NCBI GenBank assembly: GCA_003151815.1
Contig: PLYN01000040.1
Coordinates: 5,859-69,858 of the forward strand
Direction of reading: 5' to 3'
From: Bacteroidota bacterium
GTDB taxonomy: Bacteria; Bacteroidota; Bacteroidia; 2-12-FULL-35-15
DNA: 64,000 bases
The notes below the pieces were generated by a model, which searched no databases, was not told where the DNA came from, and saw only the letters and a list, made by a program, of their open reading frames with translations. Made by a program: the position numbers and the translations under genes. The number at the start of each line of letters is the position of its first letter. Within the stretch, counting starts at the first letter, position 1. Below are positions 50,662 through 59,012 of the stretch, piece after piece.

Positions 50662-50694
50662 TGACCAACAAACTAAATATTAGTTTGCTGGTCA
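50662..50694. promoter_or_regulatory. 14-bp-arm inverted repeat just upstream of the hamA-like start
   Basis: tgaccaacaaacta-aatat-tagtttgctggtca (1 mismatch), 19 nt from the start codon at 50643. Confidence 0.45.
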
Positions 50695-51072
50695 GTAAAT
50701 GTAAAAAAAAATCTCATTTAGATTTCATTTAGAGGGAGGGTATTTTAACACGCACCCTCTAATAACTCTATAAGCCTGTGTTAATAAGCCTCTTAAAAGA
50801 CATTTAGCTCTCCATTCCGTTTAAATCTGCCATTTTGAATTGGAACTTTTGAATGAATCAGGGGGAATATCATTCACTAAATATCCGAATTTCTCCTTCC
50901 TGATTAAACCTGCCATTTTGAATTGCTTTACCTTTTTCAGCTTAAAAAAGAAGACGATATGAATGATAGTGATATTGCCTATCTAAAGAATGGTTATGTT
51001 ATCATAGATTTATCTACTTGTCTAAACCAAAAAGAAAACATAATTTGGGGGAAATCCAATATAACGTATTAG

Positions 51073-51555
51073 CTATGATGGAACAGACAACAGTTGTCTA
51101 TTCATCTTGTTATTAATATGAATTGTAAAATCTTTATTTATAACTTCAATGCAAGCACCTTTAAAATCAACATATAAGTCTTCGCACCTTAAATTTATTT
51201 TAGGTGTGCCATTTTGTTCGTATTCAATCATGTGTTTCATTTCGTTTTTGCTTGAAAGTCCAAGATGTTTTTTGGGAACAAAAGAATGGGCAAAACCATT
51301 TCTTAAACTATCCCATAATTTATATTTAACCCTTATTGGTGTTCTATATTTTTTAAAGGAATTTAAGGTGTCAATTGCTTTATTGAAATTTTTTTCAGAA
51401 CCGCCTTTATTCCAATCTTTCTGGTTTACATCTAAACATTTGCCCAAAAACTCAATTCCAATACCCATTAAAGCAAATGTTATGTATGGGTTAGTTTCGG
51501 TTAGTTTTTCAAATTCAGTAATAAAAACTTGTTGGATAAATTGTTTAGGATACAT
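51073..51555 (-). CDS. Small helical protein with an Rx4H motif (HEPN-like candidate)
   Basis: 160 aa; LWDSLRNGFAHSF matches the HEPN R-N-x-x-x-H signature. Confidence 0.35.
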   Translation of the reverse strand: MYPKQFIQQVFITEFEKLTETNPYITFALMGIGIEFLGKCLDVNQKDWNKGGSEKNFNKAIDTLNSFKKYRTPIRVKYKLWDSLRNGFAHSFVPKKHLGLSSKNEMKHMIEYEQNGTPKINLRCEDLYVDFKGACIEVINKDFTIHINNKMNRQLLSVPS

Positions 51556-51681
51556 TAGTTTTTATCTTTTTCACAAAAATAAGAAACAAAATAACAAAGT
51601 ATATAAATACGAGTAATTAAAGGGATATTAAAAAATAATCATAGGGATAGGTGCATTGTTTTTTATTTTACAAAGTAAAAA

Positions 51682-52308
51682 CTATTCAAACATTTCCTTT
51701 AAGTATTTTGCGGTTTTTGCAAGTTGTTTATTGACTTTGTCCATGTCAAAAAGGAAAGGGTCGTATTTCTTTCCGAGCCATGTGATAATTTCTCTATATT
51801 CAGGATGGTGTTCATCCTGTATGATTTCTAATTTTTCATAAAAGCCATGTAAGCCACCGCTATCTTCGTGCGGGCAATTCATAGCCCCTGCCACACAAAC
51901 TGGATACTTCATATCTTTCTGTATCGGAACGGTTTTTTCCAATACGACTTGATGTTCCCAGCTATCACCAAAATCATATAGATAAGTGATTTCATCGCCC
52001 GCTTCTTTAAAATAGTTTTCAATTCGTTCTTCGGATGCGTTCAATTTTTCTTTATCAAACAAATCATTTTCTTCACTTGGTAAGCAAAAAGTTTTTTCTC
52101 TATCCATAAACTCAAACAGGTGGCTGTTTGTCCAACCCATCGCTAATTGTATGGCTATGTGTAATTCTAAAAACGTAGCGTTGCTTTCTACCTGTATGCG
52201 CCGCCAAATAAGAGGTTTGCTGTGGTTCAGCGTTATTCTAAACTGAAGTATTTTGTTCATGGCTGTTATTTTACTTGTCAAATGTAGGAAAAAGATTAAT
52301 TTTTCCAA
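51682..52308 (-). CDS. pRiA4b ORF-3-like family protein
   Basis: FRITLNHSKPLIWRRIQVESNATFLELHIAIQLAMGWTNSHLFEF is the hallmark N-terminal block of this family. Confidence 0.7.
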   Translation of the reverse strand: MEKLIFFLHLTSKITAMNKILQFRITLNHSKPLIWRRIQVESNATFLELHIAIQLAMGWTNSHLFEFMDREKTFCLPSEENDLFDKEKLNASEERIENYFKEAGDEITYLYDFGDSWEHQVVLEKTVPIQKDMKYPVCVAGAMNCPHEDSGGLHGFYEKLEIIQDEHHPEYREIITWLGKKYDPFLFDMDKVNKQLAKTAKYLKEMFE

Positions 52309-53067
52309 TCATATTTAGTGCTACCGCAACCACATCTTATTTTGTTTTCAACGTTGTCAAAATATTTTTTAGAAACAGGTTTTTTACAATCTATATTTCT
52401 TATACAGAGTGTAAAAAAATTACTATGCTATGGAAAACACCTAAAATTATTACCGTTACCAAGCCCACCTTAGTGAATTGAAATAACTGATTTTAACCCA
52501 TATATCGTTTTAAATTGATAAAATTTGAACTTCGGCAGATTCGCTCCACAGTGTAGAGCGAATTGCAGGAAAGGTTGAATAAAACTGCCTGAAACTCCGC
52601 AGTCAGAACCCTATAACTGCTCAGAAACAAAAGAAAATGGTAGTCAGGATAAAGGCAAAGCAATGGCAAGAAAGCCGAAACCTCTATAACCTCTATTTTT
52701 CCGTAACTTTCTCAACTTAGTTTTTTCAACTTTTCCCAACTTTCCGTTTAGTTTTACAAACTATTTTCAAACTTAAATTAACTTTTACAAACTTTTTTGT
52801 TATTTTTTACAGATAACATAAACTTTGACGTTGTTTTTGCAAAGTCTTTTATACATAATTATCAAATACTAATCTGAAAAACCATAACACTATGAAATTT
52901 TTTTAAAATATAAAGTTATTTATGAATCTTGCTCAAAGTATTACTTTTACGCGATATTTTAGGATGAATTTAGTTATTTGCACATACAATTAAAAACAAT
53001 TTACTTTGCCGGATGAAGAAATATCACGGACAATAAGAACATTTTCGGTTTTTACTGTAATTTTAAT

Positions 53068-53367
53068 ATGAGCGATTTAGTTTACGACATAGAAAAAGTT
53101 TTTTCAAGCTATCTTTCTGAAGATGGAAAAACGCATTACAATATCCCCGAGTATCAACGAGGGTATAAATGGTCGTCTGTCGAAGTAGAAAAAATGCTCA
53201 AGGATATTAAAAGGTTCAAACCGGAAGAAGATAAATTTTATTGCCTACAAAACATTACAATCGTTCCAAAAGAAAATTACACTTACTACAGTCAGGATGC
53301 ACAATTCTATCCGGCATTGTCCCCGATAGAAAATGCAATTAAATCGGTTCCTGTAATTACGAATTAA
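53068..53367 (+). pseudogene. N-terminal fragment of a DUF262 (GmrSD-like) gene
   Basis: YNIPEYQRGYKWS motif. The ORF ends at 99 aa, before the expected DGQQR block; the remainder is absent. Confidence 0.6.
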
Positions 53368-53411
53368 TCACATTATGTTGTGATATTTGTTGATAATTGA
53401 AATGAAATACG

Positions 53412-53419
53412 TAATTTTG
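53412..53419 (+). promoter_or_regulatory. Candidate -7 promoter box for the hipB/S/T-like operon
   Basis: TAATTTTG lies 20 nt upstream of the ATG at 53439. Confidence 0.45.
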
Positions 53420-53438
53420 CATAAATAATCACACTATA

Positions 53439-53651
53439 ATGTTAGCCAAAATAATAGGACAAATCATCCAACAACGCAGAAAAGAGCTGGGAATAACACA
53501 GCCCGACTTAGCCGAGTTAGCCAGTGTGAGCAAAAATACGCTCTACAAATTAGAGCGAGGACAAGGCAATCCATCTTTGGATGTTTTAACTAAGTTAGCA
53601 GAAGTATTAGGTTTGGAATTGAAATTAGAAGTAAAAAAAAATAAACTTTAG
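53439..53651 (+). CDS. hipB: XRE-family HTH protein (HipB-like)
   Basis: RRKELGITQPDLAELASVSKNTLYKLERGQGNPSLDVL is a classic Cro/C1 HTH. Confidence 0.8.
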   Translation: MLAKIIGQIIQQRRKELGITQPDLAELASVSKNTLYKLERGQGNPSLDVLTKLAEVLGLELKLEVKKNKL

Positions 53652-53681
53652 ACAATATTTCTTTAGGAATTAATATGATCC

Positions 53682-54011
53682 ATGAGAAAAGCAGAAGTAT
53701 ATCGTAACAGAGAATTAGCAGGAGTACTTTCAGAAGAAGTACCCGGACGGAATTATACATTCCGTTATGAGGATACCTACTTTGCTGATAAGGATAAACC
53801 CGCCATCAGCTTAACATTACCTAAAATACAACAGGAATACCGCAGTAAATTTTTATTTCCATTCTTCAGCAACATGCTTAGTGAAGGGGCTATTAGAAAA
53901 CTGCAAAGCCAATTACTTAAAATAGATGAAAGAGACGATTTTGGAATTATGCTGGCAACTGCACAGTATGATACCATTGGAGCCGTTACCGTAAAACCAA
54001 TCAATAATTAA
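53682..54011 (+). CDS. hipS: HipA N-terminal subdomain protein (HipS-like)
   Basis: 109 aa; ELAGVL...FRY...ISLTLP...PFFSNMLSEG...DTIGAVTV matches the HipA N-subdomain pattern. Confidence 0.75.
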   Translation: MRKAEVYRNRELAGVLSEEVPGRNYTFRYEDTYFADKDKPAISLTLPKIQQEYRSKFLFPFFSNMLSEGAIRKLQSQLLKIDERDDFGIMLATAQYDTIGAVTVKPINN

Positions 54012-55016
54012 ATGAGTTTACCAACTATAAAATATTGTCCGGGAACATTAGCAGAAGGATTTACAACATACAGTACAACATGTCTGCGAAGTACGTTTAA
54101 TGGAAAAAAAGTAAGTCATGTATTGCCGTTTGAATCACCACAACAAAGTGAAGAAATAGTAGCGTTGTTTATGGAAAATATGAAACACATTTCTATTTCA
54201 GGTGTGCAACAGAAACTAAGTTTGGTGCAGGAGAAAAACTTACTTCGCTTAACGAATGAAAATGAACAAGGCACGCATATTTTAAAACCAATTCCATCTT
54301 TGTTGAAAAAAGCCGGTATGCTTCCGGCAAATGAACACCTCAGTATGCAAATAGCACGACAGGTATATGGAATAAACACGGCTGAAAATGCTATGATATT
54401 TTTTAAGGACGGCACACCTGCATATATTACCAAACGCTTTGATGTAAAGCCAGATGGTGGTAAGTTGGGTAAAGAAGATTTTGCAACATTGGCTGGTAAA
54501 ACCAAAAATATTTCAAATGAAAATTATAAGTACGAATTCAGTTATGAAGAATTAGGTTTACTCATTCAGAAAAATGTTCCGGCATGGGTAGTAGAAATTG
54601 AAAAATATTTTTCGTTGGTACTTTTCAATTTTCTTTTCAGCAATGGCGATGCACACCTGAAAAATTTTTCACTTTTAGAAACTTCAAAAGGAGATTATAA
54701 GCTCAGTCCTGCTTATGATTTGATAAATTCAAGGATGCACGTGGACGATAGCGACTTTGCTTTTAATAAAGGATTATTTGCTGATGGTTTCAAGTCTGAA
54801 AAATTCAAAAAGAACAATCACCCATATAAAAAAGATTTTGCGGTGTTTGGAAAAAGAATAGGTATGCAGGAAAATAGGATGGAGCGGATAATTCAGTCAT
54901 TTATAGAAAAACAGAAAATGGTTGAAATACTCATAAATCATTCATTTTTGGATGATGCGGGCAAGAGAGGATATTTATTGCAATACAAAACGCGAAGGAA
55001 TTTTTTAATTGGCTAA
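54012..55016 (+). CDS. hipT: HipA-family Ser/Thr kinase lacking the N-subdomain (HipT-like toxin)
   Basis: Gly-rich loop S61-I-S63-GVQQK; catalytic loop NGDAHLKNFSLL. The ATG directly follows the hipS-like stop. Confidence 0.8.
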   Translation: MSLPTIKYCPGTLAEGFTTYSTTCLRSTFNGKKVSHVLPFESPQQSEEIVALFMENMKHISISGVQQKLSLVQEKNLLRLTNENEQGTHILKPIPSLLKKAGMLPANEHLSMQIARQVYGINTAENAMIFFKDGTPAYITKRFDVKPDGGKLGKEDFATLAGKTKNISNENYKYEFSYEELGLLIQKNVPAWVVEIEKYFSLVLFNFLFSNGDAHLKNFSLLETSKGDYKLSPAYDLINSRMHVDDSDFAFNKGLFADGFKSEKFKKNNHPYKKDFAVFGKRIGMQENRMERIIQSFIEKQKMVEILINHSFLDDAGKRGYLLQYKTRRNFLIG

Positions 55017-55099
55017 TATAATAATTGATTATTGGTATAAAGATTAGGAATGAAAAAATGTTTTAAGTAATCCTTTAAAGCACTTTGTATTTCGATTGA

Positions 55100-55146
55100 T
55101 TAAATTTGCCCCAATTATTTATATCATAACAAATTTTTAAAAATCA
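55100..55146 (+). repeat. Left copy of an imperfect direct repeat bracketing the EamA gene (contains TAAATTTG)
   Basis: ttaaatttgccccaattatttatatc is identical at 55100-55125 and 56171-56196. Weaker similarity continues for a further ~60 nt. Confidence 0.75.
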
Positions 55147-55211
55147 CATTAGAGTATTAAAATCGTTGATAAATTGGATGCAATTTACATTAAAGAAGAA
55201 AGGGATAAATA

Positions 55212-56129
55212 ATGAAACACATAAAAAAGAATGGCGTATTTCAAGCATTTATAGCCGCTTTTCTATTTAGTGCCAGTGCTCCATTATCCAAATTATTGCT
55301 CAATGGAATTTCTCCTATTATGCTTGCTGGATTAATTTATTTTGGAAGTGGGATTGCTCTTTTAACAATTAAAGGTGTTAAAATATTATTAAATAAACAG
55401 CAATTGAATAATGACTTTAACCGAAGAGAAATATTATATCTAATAGGAAGCGTATTGATTGGAGGGGTAATTGCTCCCATTATATTAATGATAAGTTTAA
55501 AAAATAGTCCGGCAGCTACTGCTTCACTTCTATTAAACTTTGAATGTGTCTCAACAACATTTTTAGCGTTTTTATTTTTTAGGGAAAAAATAGGAAAAAG
55601 AATTTGGATTTCTGTATTCTTAATAACAGTTGCAAGTATTTTATTGACAATAGATTTAAAAGATAATTGGGGATTCTCTTTAGGTTCAGTAGGAATAATT
55701 TTTGCAAGCATTTTATGGGGATTGGATAATAATTTTACAAGGAATATATCTGAGAAAGACCCATTGACTATTGTGGGAATTAAAGGATTGGGAGCTGGCA
55801 TAATTTCAATAGTCATATCACGGATATACAATAACCCAATTCCAGTAATGAATAATATTTTATTGGCAATGTTATTAGGATTATTTTGTTACGGTTTAAG
55901 TATCGTTTCTTTTGTTTTAGCACTCAGGAGGCTTGGAAGTTCAAGGACAAGCATAATTTTTGGAACAGCTCCATTTATTGGAGTAATAGTATCATTTTTA
56001 ATATTTAAGGAGATACCCAATATTTATTTTTTTATTTCTTTACCACTCATGATTTATGGAACATACCTTATGTTAACTGAAAACTATGAACTTCAAAAAA
56101 AAGCAATTAGCCATAGTTCGCTCCAATAA
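55212..56129 (+). CDS. EamA/DMT-superfamily transporter
   Basis: 305 aa; about ten TM helices arranged as two EamA-like halves. Confidence 0.75.
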   Translation: MKHIKKNGVFQAFIAAFLFSASAPLSKLLLNGISPIMLAGLIYFGSGIALLTIKGVKILLNKQQLNNDFNRREILYLIGSVLIGGVIAPIILMISLKNSPAATASLLLNFECVSTTFLAFLFFREKIGKRIWISVFLITVASILLTIDLKDNWGFSLGSVGIIFASILWGLDNNFTRNISEKDPLTIVGIKGLGAGIISIVISRIYNNPIPVMNNILLAMLLGLFCYGLSIVSFVLALRRLGSSRTSIIFGTAPFIGVIVSFLIFKEIPNIYFFISLPLMIYGTYLMLTENYELQKKAISHSSLQ

Positions 56130-56170
56130 ACGAAATTTTAAAAAATTAGACAATCACTTGGCAACAGTTA

Positions 56171-56217
56171 TTAAATTTGCCCCAATTATTTATATCCTCG
56201 CAAATTTTTTAAAATCA
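56171..56217 (+). repeat. Right copy of the direct repeat bracketing the EamA gene
   Basis: See the 55100-55146 entry. Confidence 0.75.
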
Positions 56218-56614
56218 ACTATTGCTTGCAAATCTCTAATAAAATTGTTTGATATAGCTGGGTCGAGGGCTACAAAGCCAAAAGGCAAGTCCCTCTGAGT
56301 AAAATACTTAGGGGGATTTTTATTTTTCGGGGGACAGTTTTATCTCTTTAAACTTCAAAAAAAACACTTTCTGTTAATGATTTTCGATTGTGGGTAAGAG
56401 CTTTATTTATGGATAGATATTCGGTAGCGTGTCGTTTTGAACATACCAAAAAAATAGGATGATGGTGTGTGCTTAAAAACAATTTACAAAAATCAAATAG
56501 ATTTTTACAATCTATTATGAGTCGAAATATTTTTGCAAATCTGTTGAAATATTGAACTTATTCATAAGGCTTTAATCATACTATTAAATAACTTTAATCA
56601 TATTATTTTATTGA

Positions 56615-57685
56615 TCAAGTCCTTTTCTTAGCTCGTTCATATTGAACAGGCCAAGGGATATTCATTCCTAATTTTATTGCAGCACTTAGTGGAAAATAAG
56701 GGTCACGCAGGAATTCACATGCTAATAAAACTACATCCGCTTTATTTTCCTCTATTATGTTGTTCGCTTCTTCCGGAGTGGTAATAAAGCCTACAGCTCC
56801 CGTTAGGATTCCTGTAGATTTTTTTATACTGTCTGCGAAGGTCACTTGAAAAAGTGGCTTTGCAGGTATTTTTGCATCCGGTGAATTCCCCCCTGAAGAA
56901 CAATCTATCAGGTCGATTGTTTTTGTTTTTAAAAGGTCCGCGAGTTTAATAGAATCATCGATTGTCCATCCACCCTCCATCCAGTCGGTAGCCGATATTC
57001 TTAAAAACAAAGGATTGTCTTCCTTCCATACTTTCCTGACGCTTTCGATTATTTCAAGTAAAAAACGTATACGGTTCTCGAATGATCCACCATACTCGTC
57101 AATCCGTTTATTACTCAAGGGCGAAAGAAACTCATTAATAAGATACCCATGTGCTCCGTGTAATTCGATAACTTTAAAGCCGGCTTTTTTTGCTCTTAGA
57201 GCTGCGTTTTGGAAATCCTGTATTACTTTTTTTATTTCTTCAATACTTAGATTTTTTGGAACGACATCTCCCTCTTTAAATGCAATAGAACTGGGCGCAT
57301 AGGTTTGCCAGGCTCCATCTTCTTTGGTTAGCGCTCTATTCCCATCCCAAGGGCGCAACTGACTGGATTTTCTGCCTGCATGTGCCAATTGAATACCTGG
57401 TATTGAATTTTGTTTTTCAATAAATTCAGTTATTCGTTTTAAAAAGGGGATGTGTTCGTCTTTCCAAATGCCTAGATCTCCTTGAGTTATCCGTCCTTCG
57501 GGTGAAATAGCAGTAGCTTCTGCAATTATCAAAGCGGCACCACCAACTGCTCTGCTGCCTAAATGAACCAAATGCCAGTCATTGGCAAAACCGTCTTCGC
57601 TTGAGTATTGGCACATCGGCGATACAATGATCCTGTTTTTGAGTTCAATATTTTTAATTTTTAAGGGTGAAAATAAATTAGCCAT
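56615..57685 (-). CDS. NADH:flavin oxidoreductase (Old Yellow Enzyme, YqjM-like)
   Basis: SPMCQYS, HGAHGYL, and a TIM-barrel OYE pattern. Confidence 0.9.
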   Translation of the reverse strand: MANLFSPLKIKNIELKNRIIVSPMCQYSSEDGFANDWHLVHLGSRAVGGAALIIAEATAISPEGRITQGDLGIWKDEHIPFLKRITEFIEKQNSIPGIQLAHAGRKSSQLRPWDGNRALTKEDGAWQTYAPSSIAFKEGDVVPKNLSIEEIKKVIQDFQNAALRAKKAGFKVIELHGAHGYLINEFLSPLSNKRIDEYGGSFENRIRFLLEIIESVRKVWKEDNPLFLRISATDWMEGGWTIDDSIKLADLLKTKTIDLIDCSSGGNSPDAKIPAKPLFQVTFADSIKKSTGILTGAVGFITTPEEANNIIEENKADVVLLACEFLRDPYFPLSAAIKLGMNIPWPVQYERAKKRT

Positions 57686-57731
57686 ATTATTTTTATTTTA
57701 AATAGTGAATATTCCGAATTTAGAAACAATA

Positions 57732-57938
57732 AGAGCCTGTTTAAATTTTATTCGTAGAAATTTATATCACCCCTAAAGGTTTTATAATTATTCTATTATT
57801 CTTTCTACCAAGATCGTCCCTACAGAATTTTTTAAAGCTCCAGAGGAGCATTCTGTTTGTAGAAAATAGTATCACGTAAATATAAAGCCCTATCGGGGCG
57901 ACCTGTATAAAAAAAACATAAAAATTTAAACAGGCTCT
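57732..57938. repeat. MITE-like unit with a perfect 18-bp terminal inverted repeat
   Basis: agagcctgtttaaatttt (57732-57749) faces aaaatttaaacaggctct (57921-57938). The interior contains ctacaaacagaatgctcctctgg-type repeat modules. Confidence 0.7.
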
Positions 57939-57962
57939 AAATTAATGTAAAAACATAAACTT

Positions 57963-57996
57963 CAAAAAAAAGAAAAGCGAGTATTAACTCGCTTTT
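57963..57996 (-). terminator. Rho-independent terminator (minus strand)
   Basis: On the minus strand, a aaaagcgagt-taat-actcgctttt stem-loop is followed by cttttttttg. Confidence 0.55.
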
Positions 57997-58444
57997 CCGA
58001 TGAGATAGTTTAGTGCATTTATAGCATTAACGCTATCAAATTCTTTCTTAATTGAATTTTCCATGATTACATTCATAGTTCAAATTTAATTGACTACCTG
58101 TCGCTTATACAATTTCTCATTTTTGACGATGATTAATCCTATCCAGCCCACCGAATGGTTTGTTTCAATCTTGACAATGCAAATATATTTTATATGACAA
58201 TTTTTTACAATGAAGTAAATCATTTGCTTACAAAATTAATGTCATTTAAAAATAAGAGAATGGCTAAGAAAAATTCCATAATTAAATTTTATTTTAAATA
58301 TAAAAATTGTCAATTTATTTTACAGAATGAGTAGTGAAACAGGTATGATAGCGATTTATTTAACATAAAATGAAATCTTGTGAAATGTGACAGAAATCAT
58401 TTTGATTATTCACTTTTATCATTGTTCTATGGGGAAAATGAAAA

Positions 58445-58452
58445 TATTTTTG
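58445..58452 (+). promoter_or_regulatory. Candidate -7 promoter box for the 58498-59762 genes
   Basis: TATTTTTG lies 46 nt upstream of the ATG at 58498. Confidence 0.4.
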
Positions 58453-58497
58453 CAACCATAAATCTGAAAAGTATTTTACTCTAAAAAAATAAAACTT

Positions 58498-58971
58498 ATG
58501 GAATCCTTATCATCAAAAGAGTTTTTTGATCAACTCAAAACAAACGCCTTGAAACCCGCAATGGTTCTCAAAGGAATCGTAAAGAAGTCTGATAAAGATT
58601 CAGAAGTACTATTTACTAAAAAAGGTGACTTTACCAATTGGGTAAAAATTCCTTCATCAATGATTAAATCAGTATTTGTAATTAAAACTTTTTCGAAAGC
58701 AGAAGAAAGATTTACAGTTGTTAAACTTCATTTAAATACTCCTGAAACTCCTGAAGGGACAGTTTTATTTGAACTTCTTTCCTTAAAAGGAAAAGAGGAA
58801 ATGGGTGATGAAAACTGGAATAAAGAAGGATCCGGGCATTGTTGTCATAGTGAATTCGGGTATTCCGGGATGAAAGGTAAATCCTGCGATATGGGAGCAG
58901 GTCATTTCTGTCCGCATTGTGGATGTTATCATAGTCATTATGGCGGACATGGAGGAGGTTCTCAGTTTTAA
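58498..58971 (+). CDS. Hypothetical protein with a Cys/His-rich C-terminal tail (putative metal binding)
   Basis: C-terminus GSGHCCHSEFGYSGMKGKSCDMGAGHFCPHCGCYHSHYGGHGGG. Confidence 0.5.
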   Translation: MESLSSKEFFDQLKTNALKPAMVLKGIVKKSDKDSEVLFTKKGDFTNWVKIPSSMIKSVFVIKTFSKAEERFTVVKLHLNTPETPEGTVLFELLSLKGKEEMGDENWNKEGSGHCCHSEFGYSGMKGKSCDMGAGHFCPHCGCYHSHYGGHGGGSQF

Positions 58972-59012
58972 ATTAATAATCTAAATAATTTAATAATCTA
59001 AATAAAAACAAA

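Noticed and set aside
51149-51616. 155-aa plus-strand ORF, plus 51656-51841 and 52275-52481.
   Set aside because: They are antisense to or overlap the HEPN-like and pRiA4b-like genes, have poor composition and carry no motifs.
52300-57700. Search for a second copy of the tRNA-fMet 3' end (attR-type direct repeat) to fix the island's right boundary.
   Set aside because: No match to ggttcgagtccggtccccgc or substantial parts of it was found by eye. This is not informative, because serine recombinases use very short crossover cores.
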